64,000 bases of DNA from positions 6,681-70,680 of the forward strand of contig JBDHKG010000040.1 of NCBI GenBank assembly GCA_039586495.1, given 5' to 3'. Within the stretch, counting starts at the first letter, position 1. The number at the start of each line of letters is the position of its first letter. The notes beneath the pieces were generated by a model. The model ran no database searches, had not been told where the DNA came from, and saw nothing but the letters and a program-made list of their open reading frames with translations. This stretch comes from Gemmatimonadota bacterium. GTDB taxonomy: Bacteria > Gemmatimonadota > Gemmatimonadetes > Palauibacterales > KS3-K002. Made by a program: the position numbers and the translations under genes. This document shows positions 19,214 through 28,064 of the stretch, piece by piece.

Positions 19214-20116
19214 CTACTCCACAGCGGACGCCTCTTCGCCGCCACTCATGTCCTCCGCTCGCGAGTTCCTCAGATGAACGCTGATCGACAGAGACTCGTG
19301 GAGGAAGTCAGCTCCGCGGGTGCCTGGAATAGGCACTGAGCTTTGCGCCTTGATGGAGATGTGGACCTGAACGACCTCGCGTGGGTTTCGGGTCGGGACG
19401 CCGGCGCCGCTCAAGTATTCGAGGCGCAGGCCACCGCTGTCCGGCGCCGCGAACGGACCCGCCAAAGGCTGCACCCGCCCGCTGCGGAGCCGCTGGCCCA
19501 ACCACCATCTCCCATCCCCTCCCAGGTACAGCTTGTACACGTAGGGCCGGAAGCCACGCACCGGAGCTCCAACGGTGACGCCTACCAGCGAACCGCCTAC
19601 GGCCAGTCCAAGCTCGGGCGTCCTACCGTCTGGACAGCGACCTGCATCAGCTCTCAGCAACCTCCGTGTGTCCAGTGCCACCCAGCGGTCATCGCGCGCG
19701 GTACCGGGGTCGCCGTCGCGGAAGATGAGCACACTGTCGGACTCCGAGTGTCCGAAGCTACCCGTGACACGGCGCAAGCTGATGTGATCCCCCGCGACAC
19801 TACACGTGACGCCGAGGCCGGTGGTTGACCTCAGCGCGACGCTGTCACCTGACATAGCATAGAGGTCGCCGGCCGCCGTGCTCAGCGCCCGAAGTTCTGC
19901 GCCGAGGACCTCCGCTGCGATTCTGGCCGCATCACGCGTCGCCGCGAGCTGAGCGTGTGCCGCGTAGTAGCGCTGCTGGCGGAGGAGCACGGCAGCGAGG
20001 GAGCCCAAAACGACGGTGGCAACGGAGAGCGCGAGAACCACCTCGATGAACGAGTGCCCCGGGGGAAGTGATGCTCTCGCACGCCTATCCGCTTCCGAAG
20101 GCGCTCGCCTGCTCAC
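19214..20116 (-). CDS. pilW: PilW-like minor pilin
   Basis: Prepilin-type N-terminus …ASLPPG|HSFIEVVLALSVATVVLG with Glu at +5. Start proposed at a GTG overlapping the pilV stop (GTGA). The ORF-track extension to 20569 runs through pilV in another frame and is not believed. Confidence 0.6.
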   Translation of the reverse strand: MSRRAPSEADRRARASLPPGHSFIEVVLALSVATVVLGSLAAVLLRQQRYYAAHAQLAATRDAARIAAEVLGAELRALSTAAGDLYAMSGDSVALRSTTGLGVTCSVAGDHISLRRVTGSFGHSESDSVLIFRDGDPGTARDDRWVALDTRRLLRADAGRCPDGRTPELGLAVGGSLVGVTVGAPVRGFRPYVYKLYLGGDGRWWLGQRLRSGRVQPLAGPFAAPDSGGLRLEYLSGAGVPTRNPREVVQVHISIKAQSSVPIPGTRGADFLHESLSISVHLRNSRAEDMSGGEEASAVE

Positions 20117-20472
20117 GGATCCGCTGATCGGGCAGCGACGAGCGTCACCAGGGTATCCGCGGCCTCCCAGCGGCCCAGACGCTGTCGTGCGACGAGGAGG
20201 ATCTGCTTCGGGCTCACTCCACTCACCTCCCATTGCACGTAAAGATCTCCTTGCACGACCGCACCTGATCCCAGCCGATCGGGCCCTGAGGCCAAGAGTC
20301 GCTCCATCTCGGCCTGCGCCCGCACACTCACCTTTGTCCGCAGGTGTGAGATCTTCATGTTGGAAGAGACCACACTCACCGCGGCGCTGAGCCCGAGAAC
20401 GCTGACCGCCAGCACCACGAGTGCCACCATCACCTCGACCAGGGTGAATCCGGACCTGAGCCCCTTGCTCAT
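20113..20472 (-). CDS. pilV: PilV-like minor pilin
   Basis: 119 aa; [23 protein letters not shown] prepilin cleavage/methylation motif with Glu+5. Confidence 0.75.
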   Translation of the reverse strand: MSKGLRSGFTLVEVMVALVVLAVSVLGLSAAVSVVSSNMKISHLRTKVSVRAQAEMERLLASGPDRLGSGAVVQGDLYVQWEVSGVSPKQILLVARQRLGRWEAADTLVTLVAARSADP

Positions 20473-20957
20473 CGTTTACGCAGACGCCCGAGTCTCGATA
20501 TGGTGACCGTGTCGGCGACGCCTCCCCGTCTGAAGACCAGCGTGGCGTTCGGCAGATCGCAGTCACCACGGGCCGTGGCCAGTCCCCGTGGATCGAAGCA
20601 GAAGGTTCTGGACTCCCCCTCGACCCTGACGCCGCCGAACCGCTCGCCGAAGTGAACCAGCGGCTGGATCGTGTCCAATCGCTCCACCCCCGGGATCGAG
20701 CTCGTATCAGCCGTCACCCAGAAGCGGTTGCCTGCGGGATCGAGGTGAAGTCGGCACAGGCGACCGTACTGGGCCGCGACTTGGCGGGCCAGCGAATGGC
20801 TCGCGGCGAACGCGTCGCGAGCAGCCGCCACGTTGACCCTGGCACGAGCCTTCGCCAGCCTCGGCAGGGCGATCGCAGCGAGGACCCCGAGAAGCCCGAT
20901 CACCAAGGCAGCCTCAGCCAACGAGAATCCGCCGGTACCCCTGAACCGCGAACGCAC
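20469..20957 (-). CDS. fimT: FimT/FimU/GspH-like minor pilin
   Basis: 162 aa; …[26 protein letters not shown] prepilin motif with Glu+5. ATGA overlap with pilV. Confidence 0.7.
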   Translation of the reverse strand: MRSRFRGTGGFSLAEAALVIGLLGVLAAIALPRLAKARARVNVAAARDAFAASHSLARQVAAQYGRLCRLHLDPAGNRFWVTADTSSIPGVERLDTIQPLVHFGERFGGVRVEGESRTFCFDPRGLATARGDCDLPNATLVFRRGGVADTVTISRLGRLRKR

Positions 20958-21179
20958 CGCCCTCCCCAGAAGTCATTTCCCGTGGGTCTTTGTCCCCGCG
21001 ACCGGCGGCGAAGTACAACTGCAGGGTCGCCCCCGTAGAGCCGGCCTCGGGTAGCAAATCGGACCCAGGGCTGAGGCCGAACCGCTCTGTGGTGGGATCC
21101 TAGCGAACGGGTATCAAAGGATGGTCAAAACCGGCGCCGGCTGTCCGCCGGTCGTCGCTCGCCAGGCGGGTTGCGCCGC

Positions 21180-22544
21180 TCAGTCCAGGCCGTAGTCGCG
21201 GATCTTGTAGAGGAGGGCCCGGTAACTGAGGTCCAGGAGCTCCGCGGCCTTGGTGCGGTTGCCGTCGGTAACCTGCAGAGCCCGACCGATCAGCCGGCGC
21301 TCGAGCTCCGCGGTCTGCTTCTTGATCGAGAGCTCATCGGCCGGCAACGCCTCCTGCGGCCCTTCGACGGAGGCCTCCGGTTGGCAGATGAAATCCGGCA
21401 GGTCCTCCGGCCTGATGGTCGGCCCCTCGGCGAGGACCATCGCGCGCTCAACGACGTTCTCCAGCTGACGCACATTGCCGTACCAGGGGTGGGAAAGCAA
21501 AAGCTTCATCGCCGCGGGCTCGAAGCCCGTGACGTTGATGCCCAGCTGTTTCGACAAACGCTCCAGAAAGCACCGGGTGAGCGGTGGGACGTCCTCGGTC
21601 CGCTGCCGCAAGGGTGGGAGGTGGATGCGCACCACGTTGATCCGGTAGTAGAGATCGGAACGGAAATTCGCTTCCCTGACCTCCTGCTCCAGGTCACGCG
21701 CCGTGGCGGTGATGATGCGGACGTCCACCTTGCGCGACGAGCTGTCGCCGACACGGCGGATCTCGCCTTCTTGCAGAGCTCGGAGGAGCTTCACCTGGAG
21801 TTGGGAAGGCAGCTCGCCGATCTCGTCCAGAAACAGCGTGCCGCCATCCGCCTCCTCGAATAGCCCGGCCCGGTCGGCATGCGCGCCCGTGAATGCGCCT
21901 TTCGCGTGCCCGAACAGTTCGGACTCGAGCAGGTTCTCCGGTATAGCGCCGCAGTTGATGGGGACGAACGGCCGCGAAGCGCGTGGGCTGCTCGTGTGGA
22001 TGAGCCGCGCGATCAGTTCCTTGCCGGTGCCACTCTCACCGGTGATGAGCACGGTCGAGGGGTGCTGCGCCACTTTCGTCGCCAGCTCGACTGCCTCGCG
22101 CATCCCGGCGCTCTTGGCGACGATCTCCGGAAACCGCTGGTCTGCCTTGACCCGCTGGCGAAGCCGCGTCACCTCACGCCGCAGCTTCTCGCGCTCTTCA
22201 GCCTTCTTCAGCGTCAGCACCACCTCAGCGGTGGTAAACGGCTTGGGCAGGTAGTCGTAGGCGCCTTTCTTCATCGCCTCCACGGCGAGCTCGGTGCTGC
22301 CGTAGGCCGTGATGGTGATGACCAGGGCCTGACCGTTCTTCTTGCGGTACTGCTCCAGGAACTCCAGCCCGTCCAGGCGCGGCATGCGGATATCGCAGAG
22401 GATGAGGTCGGGCTCCTCCTTCAAGGCGCGCTCCAACCCCTCCTTGCCGTCGGAGGCGCTGATGACCTGATACCCTTCGTCCTCCAGGATCATCGACAGG
22501 GTGCGGCGCACCCCGGCTTCGTCGTCTATGACCAGAACTTTCAC
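21180..22544 (-). CDS. pilR: Sigma-54-dependent response regulator, PilR-like (NtrC family)
   Basis: 454 aa; REC domain, AAA+ sigma-54 activator domain ([27 protein letters not shown]), C-terminal Fis HTH. Directly downstream of the sensor kinase and pilA. Confidence 0.8.
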   Translation of the reverse strand: MKVLVIDDEAGVRRTLSMILEDEGYQVISASDGKEGLERALKEEPDLILCDIRMPRLDGLEFLEQYRKKNGQALVITITAYGSTELAVEAMKKGAYDYLPKPFTTAEVVLTLKKAEEREKLRREVTRLRQRVKADQRFPEIVAKSAGMREAVELATKVAQHPSTVLITGESGTGKELIARLIHTSSPRASRPFVPINCGAIPENLLESELFGHAKGAFTGAHADRAGLFEEADGGTLFLDEIGELPSQLQVKLLRALQEGEIRRVGDSSSRKVDVRIITATARDLEQEVREANFRSDLYYRINVVRIHLPPLRQRTEDVPPLTRCFLERLSKQLGINVTGFEPAAMKLLLSHPWYGNVRQLENVVERAMVLAEGPTIRPEDLPDFICQPEASVEGPQEALPADELSIKKQTAELERRLIGRALQVTDGNRTKAAELLDLSYRALLYKIRDYGLD

Positions 22545-23795
22545 TTACTCTTCCTCGGTCTCTCGTTCCTCGATCCCTGCAGCTGGCAGAAGCACCGAGA
22601 AGCAGGCTCCGCCGCCCTCAGGACTATCGACCCGAATCGTACCACCCATACCCTCGATCAGACGGGCCGAGACCGCGAGCCCCAGACCCGTACCCTGCCC
22701 CGTCTCCTTGGTACTGAAGAACGGATCGAAGACTCGATCCATGATCTCCGCCGGTATGCCGGGGCCGTTATCGGCCACGCTGATCCTCACCACCTTCTCC
22801 CCGATCGTGAAGGGCGGCGGTGTCAAACCCTCGCGCCGCGCTTGCAGGCGCCGCAGGTGCGAGTAGTCGATGCCCAGCGGGTCGTCGCGGCGTCGGCTCG
22901 GTGGAATGCTGGCCTCGTAGGCGGCCGCTTCGGTGCACACCCTGATCCAGCGACCCTCCGCACCGTCGACGGCCTGCGCAGCGTTCAGCAACAGGTTCAC
23001 CATGATCTGCTCGAGCTGGTGAGGATCCGCGTGCACCGTGGGCACCTCGTCGCCCAGGTCCAGTTTGACCTCGATCTCCTTGAAATGACCCTGGGCCTCC
23101 ACCAACTCGTGCGCGCCCGTCACGACCGTGTTGACCTCGATAGGACGTGGAGCGGGCTGCCGCGGCCGGGCGTAGTCGAGCAGGCCCTTGACGATTCGGT
23201 CTATGCGCCGCGCCTCGCGGCGCATGTCGTCCACCAGATCCCGACCGATCTCCGGCCGCCGCTCCGCAACCTCCAAGTAGCCGAGTATCGCACCGAGCGG
23301 GTTGCCGATCTCGTGAGCGATGCCCGTTGCCAGCTGTCCCGCCGACGCCAGTTTCTCAGCACGGACCAGCTCGTCACGCGCCTCGGTGAGCGCCCGGTTT
23401 ACCTCGTTGAGCGACTGGATGTTGTCGCTCAGGCGTCTCTGGTTCTGAATCAGCTTGTCCGCCAACTCGTTCACGCTGGCAGCCAGCCGCTGCAGCTCGT
23501 GAGCGCCATCGACGCGGATGCGGCGCGAATAGTCCTCCCGAGCTATCGCCTCGGCCCCCTGAACAACGTTCTTCACCGGCCTGAGCACCATCTGGCGCAG
23601 CAGGTAATCGCCGAAGAGAAGGAACACCACCGCGTCCACGGCGATAACCACCAGCAAGAACACCACGAGGCCGCCGAACGACCTGCCGACGGGTAGCCAC
23701 AGTAACACCGCCACAGCCGCGAGGCCCAACGCAGCGACAAGCAGCAGGGCCAGCGCGAGGTTCAGTTCACGACGCAGCGACGCGACCGCTTTCAC
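22545..23795 (-). CDS. pilS: Sensor histidine kinase, PilS-like
   Basis: 416 aa; 2 TM segments, HAMP-like linker, HisKA (GIAHEIGNPLGAI), HATPase_c (DNGPGIP…GTGLGLAVS). Adjacent to pilA and pilR. Confidence 0.7.
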   Translation of the reverse strand: MKAVASLRRELNLALALLLVAALGLAAVAVLLWLPVGRSFGGLVVFLLVVIAVDAVVFLLFGDYLLRQMVLRPVKNVVQGAEAIAREDYSRRIRVDGAHELQRLAASVNELADKLIQNQRRLSDNIQSLNEVNRALTEARDELVRAEKLASAGQLATGIAHEIGNPLGAILGYLEVAERRPEIGRDLVDDMRREARRIDRIVKGLLDYARPRQPAPRPIEVNTVVTGAHELVEAQGHFKEIEVKLDLGDEVPTVHADPHQLEQIMVNLLLNAAQAVDGAEGRWIRVCTEAAAYEASIPPSRRRDDPLGIDYSHLRRLQARREGLTPPPFTIGEKVVRISVADNGPGIPAEIMDRVFDPFFSTKETGQGTGLGLAVSARLIEGMGGTIRVDSPEGGGACFSVLLPAAGIEERETEEE

Positions 23796-23872
23796 CGTAT
23801 TCAGGGGCCCGAATAGCGTGGTCTGTTGGGGGAACCTTACAGCCGGAATCGTCCTCGAAGGCGGGGGTACCC

Positions 23873-23906
23873 CTAAAAGAATAGCGCGGAGGATACCCTC
23901 CGCGCT
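23873..23906 (-). terminator. Rho-independent terminator immediately after pilA
   Basis: Minus-strand RNA: AGCGCGGAGG-GUAU-CCUCCGCGCU (perfect 10-bp GC-rich stem) followed by AUUCUUUUA. Lies ~35-70 nt after the pilA stop. Confidence 0.6.
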
Positions 23907-23940
23907 ACCCTTTCAGCCTAACGCCGCTTGGACAGCAACG

Positions 23941-24318
23941 TTAGCCGGCGCAGGCAACCACACCTTCAGTGGTCGCCGTCGTCATGCCGGTCACCTCACC
24001 GTAGTAGATCTCACAGTCGGTGTCCGTACCGGTGTGAGTGGCGCTCGCCCTCCAGCCAGTCCCGCTGCCTGCCCCGACGGTCACCGTCACACCCTGGCTC
24101 TGGTTGAAGTCCACGTTGGCGATGTCGCTCGCGTACAGCAGCCAGTCGGCGAAGTACGCCTCCTCCGCCGCCGCCAGGTTGCGCAGGTCGGACTTCATGG
24201 CCGACACGTACGCCTTCTCCTTGGTGTTGGCGAACTTCGGAATCGCGATCGCGGCCAGAATGCCGATGATCACGACCACGATCAGAAGCTCGATCAACGT
24301 AAAGCCCTTCCGGTTCAT
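23941..24318 (-). CDS. pilA: Type IVa major pilin PilA
   Basis: 125 aa; MNRKG|FTLIELLIVVVIIGILAAIAIP canonical class-III signal with Glu+5. C-terminal Cys pair (…DTDCEIYYG…VVACAG). Strong Shine-Dalgarno (AAGGAGGT) 7 nt upstream. Confidence 0.9.
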   Translation of the reverse strand: MNRKGFTLIELLIVVVIIGILAAIAIPKFANTKEKAYVSAMKSDLRNLAAAEEAYFADWLLYASDIANVDFNQSQGVTVTVGAGSGTGWRASATHTGTDTDCEIYYGEVTGMTTATTEGVVACAG

Positions 24319-24379
24319 GCTCTAACCTCCTTCCGTCGTATCACCGCGGTGAAACCGCAAAGGTCCGGCTAGCCAATGT

Positions 24380-24395
24380 GGCAAGCTTGGGGCCA
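24380..24395 (-). promoter_or_regulatory. Sigma-54 (-24/-12) promoter upstream of pilA
   Basis: Minus strand reads TGGCCCCAAGCTTGCC versus consensus TGGCACGNNNNTTGCW; GG and GC are exactly 10 nt apart. ~62 nt upstream of the pilA ATG; a PilR-like sigma-54 activator is encoded just downstream. Confidence 0.55.
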
Positions 24396-24558
24396 ACCCG
24401 GCCCCTTGGCGCCTAAGTTCAATCAGAACAAAGAGTTACACCAAAGACCGCCACCTGCCCGACACGTAGGCCCGGCCCGCTTCCCCTGCATTCTGCAAGG
24501 GCGCTGGCATCCCGCAACCATCCCACACCCTTTTTTTCGGCCGGCCGAACCCCGTAAC

Positions 24559-26403
24559 CTATTGCTGTGCCCCGCGATAGGCCCGCAAGCCCCGCTCAAG
24601 CGAATCCACCTGCACGTCGGGAGCCCCCGCCGCTGCCGCCGAGTCCAGCGCCGCCCAGGCCGCGACGCTGTCGCCGGCTGCGACCTGAAACTCCGCCAAC
24701 TCGAGCCAGTCTTCCCAGGTCGCCGCCGTGCCCCCCAGGCGTATACGCGAAAGCTGGGCGCGGGCCGCTCGTGCGAACTCACCCTGGTTGGCGTAGGCGT
24801 CCGCTTCCAGGCCGAAGAAGATGGCGCGTTCGCCCACGGCCTCCCGACCCCGCGCCAGCGCTCGCAGCGCGCCCTCGTTGTCCCCCAGTCGGAGTCGGAT
24901 GACGGCCAGCAAGCTGTGGTGGTCGGCGTAATTGGGACCGTTCTCCACGGCGCGGGCCGCCATTGCCTCCGCCTCCACAAGCTCACCATGATCCTTCAAT
25001 AGCACGGCGAAGGCCGACAGGTAGGCGGGGCTGTATGGCCATACCTCGAGCGACCTTCGAAACCATTCCCGGGCGCCTACCCAGTCTCCACGACCGAGCT
25101 GACGATAGCCGAGCCACCAGAGGACGCGTGACGACTCCGGATGTTGGCGCTGCAGCTCGGTGAAGACCGTCTCTGAATCCTGCCACACAGGGTTCCTTCG
25201 AACGGTCACGACCGAGAAGCCGATGACCCAAACGGCAAGGCCGAGCGCCACCCAGCGACGCTGCGCGCGCCGGGCGCGCACAAGGAGCAAGGCGGCGATA
25301 ACCGAGACGGCCAGCGAAGGCAAGTAGAGTGTGCGCTCCGCCAACACGATCTCCGCCGCGATGATCAGGTTCGACACCGGGAGCAGCGCCACGGCAGCCC
25401 AACCGATGGCCATGCTGAACTCCGGCGCCCGCCGGTACAGAACCAGGGCGAGGATCACCGTCGCTAAGACCAGAGCAAAGCCCATCGCACCCAGCAGGGT
25501 GAGCTGACTTGCCGGCAAGATGACCGCCGGAGAGTAGTCAGCCGAGAGTTTGGCAGGAAACAGCAACAGCTCGTAGTAGCGTGGCCAGACGCGCGCCATC
25601 GTGAACAGGCGGGTCGAGAAGCTGGCGTCAGGTGCGAAGGTGCCCTTCGTGAGACTCGAGACCGGCTCACCCAGTACCGCCCAGCGGAGCACTAGATACG
25701 CGAGAAGCACGGTGGCCAGGCTGGCGAAGAGAGGTAGCCGCGTCCGCAGATAGGCTTTGCCGTCACCGATACGCCGGCTGGTGGCGAGCGGGAGATCCAG
25801 CAACAGCAACAAGGCGGGAAGAACAACGCCGACTTCCTTGGAGAGCACAGCGAGCGCATAGCTGGCGCTGATGACGACCAGCGCCACCCACGAGAGGCGA
25901 CCGCGCCGAGCCGCGTGCACGTAGGCCAGGCACGCCAGTAGCACGAAGGCGGCTGCAAGAGGCTCCGCTCGCCCGACCACGTTGGCCACGGCTTCCGTGT
26001 GGACCGGGTGCACCGCGAACACGACGCCACCGGCGAGAGCGGCCCACCAGGGAAAGAACCGCAAGAGCAGCAGGGCGAGCAGGGCTGTGACGGCCGCGTG
26101 CAGCAAGACGTTCGTGAGGTGAAAGCCGAAAGGCCTGCCGCCCCAGGTGCTCCAGTCCAGGGCGAAGCTGAGCATCGTCAGCGGCCGGTACAGACCGCTC
26201 CCAAAGCGCGCGGGCCAGTACTCGGCCGTCAGCAGCTCGGGGATTCGACCGAGTCCGTGCAGGAGATCACGGCTCTCTACAACGGAAACGTCATCGTAGG
26301 CGAAGCCGTTGGCGAGCGAGTTCGCGTAGACCAGGACAGACAACAGCGCCACGCCGCCGGCCACGATGATCCGCAGGCGTCTGGCATCCATCACGGTTTC
26401 CAC
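24559..26403 (-). CDS. TMTC-like GT-C membrane glycosyltransferase with C-terminal TPR repeats (putative protein O-glycosyltransferase)
   Basis: 614 aa; ~10 TM N-terminal domain with the first-loop motif NGFAYDDVSVV typical of TMTC/DUF1736-PMT-like enzymes; C-terminal TPR region. Confidence 0.6.
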   Translation of the reverse strand: METVMDARRLRIIVAGGVALLSVLVYANSLANGFAYDDVSVVESRDLLHGLGRIPELLTAEYWPARFGSGLYRPLTMLSFALDWSTWGGRPFGFHLTNVLLHAAVTALLALLLLRFFPWWAALAGGVVFAVHPVHTEAVANVVGRAEPLAAAFVLLACLAYVHAARRGRLSWVALVVISASYALAVLSKEVGVVLPALLLLLDLPLATSRRIGDGKAYLRTRLPLFASLATVLLAYLVLRWAVLGEPVSSLTKGTFAPDASFSTRLFTMARVWPRYYELLLFPAKLSADYSPAVILPASQLTLLGAMGFALVLATVILALVLYRRAPEFSMAIGWAAVALLPVSNLIIAAEIVLAERTLYLPSLAVSVIAALLLVRARRAQRRWVALGLAVWVIGFSVVTVRRNPVWQDSETVFTELQRQHPESSRVLWWLGYRQLGRGDWVGAREWFRRSLEVWPYSPAYLSAFAVLLKDHGELVEAEAMAARAVENGPNYADHHSLLAVIRLRLGDNEGALRALARGREAVGERAIFFGLEADAYANQGEFARAARAQLSRIRLGGTAATWEDWLELAEFQVAAGDSVAAWAALDSAAAAGAPDVQVDSLERGLRAYRGAQQ

Positions 26404-26414
26404 CGCGTCATCGC

Positions 26415-28064
26415 CTAGTTCTCCGCACTGTTGGACGACGCCGCCCCTACGTCTTGCCCCTGCAACTCGCGCTCAAGCGCACCCAGGTCAGTCCTGAAGA
26501 TGAGAACTCCCCCCGGAGTGATGTGAGTGAGGTGGAGGCTCTCAGGGTAGCGACCGATCAACGCATCGATGGGAGCCGCCGCCATCGGGATATTCCGACG
26601 CACCGCGAGGTACTGCACGCCCATGTCGTGCAACAGCTCGGCAAGATGCTCGACCGCCGGCGTGCCCCTACGGTACCAGACATGCACCGGCTGGTAGTTG
26701 TTGGGGACCGCGCGCCGGCCGGCATGCAGGGCGATCAGCGGATCGAACTCATAGGCGACGACTGCCCGCGGATCAGTGTTCTCACGCACCCAAGCGATCA
26801 CCTCAGCGCCGACGGCCGACTTCTGTAGCTCCGCGCCGTCCCAAACGCGACGGCTCACCGCTCGCAGCTCGTTGTACGCCAGGTTCGCGAACACCACCAG
26901 CCCGACACCGACGATGGCATACCGTACCAGGGAGTCCCGCGCCCCCACCGGGGCCCCGCTCCTGCGCCCAAAGCCACTTGCGACTCGTTGGGCGAGCCGG
27001 AGGGTGCCTACCGCTGCCAGCGCCAGCAGCAGCGGGACCAGGATGAACACGAAGCGGAAAGGCGGGAACGACCACACGGATGTCAGAGCAAGATACGCCC
27101 AAGGGTAGACGGCCGTCGCGGGCGCGAGTCGGAAGATGCGGACGGATCCCAACAGGGCTAGCGCGATGAACAGCATTCCCACCAACGAGGCGGCCAGCGG
27201 CCCGAACTGCGGGCTCAGCTTGACGCCCAGGGTCTGGAGAATCGCCCCCACGTTGGTGGCGAAAATATCGAAAGCCGCCCACGGCGAGTCTTTGATGTTG
27301 GCCAAGTAGAGTTGAACGTAGGAGCCGTAACGCGGTACCAGGACGTCCGGGATGACCCTTGCATTCGCCAGTGTGAACAACAGCCACGGCACCAGGAGGA
27401 CGGCTGCGCCCAGCGCGGCAATCAGCGCCGGCCGGCGCCCGCAGCGCGACCACAGCCCGATCGTCACGGCCGCGAACAGCACGATTCCCACCGCGCGGGT
27501 CAGCACCACCAGGCCAACGAGGAGGCCGGCGATCAGAAGCCTGCGTACGGAGGGAGGCTTTGATACCGAGTCGGCAGTCCACAAAGCTGCAAAGAGGAGG
27601 ACGAGGTAGAGCGGCTCTGAGAGTACGCTGGCCGTCACCAGCATCATCGAGCCGGACGCGAAACCGACAATCGCCAATGCAGCCGCCAGGACAATTGGCA
27701 GGATGCGCAGATCGGACAGCAAGAGAACGAAGAGTCCAGCGGCAAGCCCAATGTAGGCGCCGTTGGCCACCTTCATGCCGAACAGAGCCGCGTCTGGCGA
27801 ACTCGCGAGCACCCAAAAGGGCACGAGGCTGAGGGGATAGACCGGTGGATACTTGATCGCGGGCAGACTCGTCGGCAAAAAGGTCAGCCGGTAGCCCTCG
27901 CCCTCGGCCAAAGCTCTTGCCAGGAGCGCGTAGATGCCGTCGTCGTAATTCACCCCGACGAGAGCCGCGTTCTGAGCCCACACGCCGACAACGGCGATCA
28001 CGGCACCCACAGCCGCCGCCACGGCGTACCTGACAGTCCGCTCCGATAGCCGTACCCTGCTCAT
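26415..28064 (-). CDS. GT-C fold glycosyltransferase, ArnT/PMT_2 family
   Basis: 549 aa polytopic membrane protein; first periplasmic loop VNYDDGIYALLARALAEGEGY resembles the ArnT DE..YA…G motif. Confidence 0.6.
   Translation of the reverse strand: MSRVRLSERTVRYAVAAAVGAVIAVVGVWAQNAALVGVNYDDGIYALLARALAEGEGYRLTFLPTSLPAIKYPPVYPLSLVPFWVLASSPDAALFGMKVANGAYIGLAAGLFVLLLSDLRILPIVLAAALAIVGFASGSMMLVTASVLSEPLYLVLLFAALWTADSVSKPPSVRRLLIAGLLVGLVVLTRAVGIVLFAAVTIGLWSRCGRRPALIAALGAAVLLVPWLLFTLANARVIPDVLVPRYGSYVQLYLANIKDSPWAAFDIFATNVGAILQTLGVKLSPQFGPLAASLVGMLFIALALLGSVRIFRLAPATAVYPWAYLALTSVWSFPPFRFVFILVPLLLALAAVGTLRLAQRVASGFGRRSGAPVGARDSLVRYAIVGVGLVVFANLAYNELRAVSRRVWDGAELQKSAVGAEVIAWVRENTDPRAVVAYEFDPLIALHAGRRAVPNNYQPVHVWYRRGTPAVEHLAELLHDMGVQYLAVRRNIPMAAAPIDALIGRYPESLHLTHITPGGVLIFRTDLGALERELQGQDVGAASSNSAEN

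Noticed and set aside
21096-21110. Candidate sigma-54 promoter (CTGGGTCCGATTTGC on the minus strand) upstream of the fimT-pilVWX operon
   Set aside because: The GG-to-GC spacing is 9 nt instead of the invariant 10, so it was not called.
24505-24519. Plus-strand TGGCAT-N5-AACC resembling a sigma-54 -24 element
   Set aside because: The -12 element is not TTGC, and there is no plus-strand gene downstream; the real sigma-54 site is on the minus strand at 24380-24395.
24530-24551. T7 run next to the self-complementary TTCGGCCGGCCGAA, considered as a terminator after the TPR/GT-C gene
   Set aside because: On the relevant (minus) transcript the hairpin is followed by an A-run, not a U-run. The orientation is wrong for an intrinsic terminator, which fits read-through from the GT-C operon towards the pilA promoter region.
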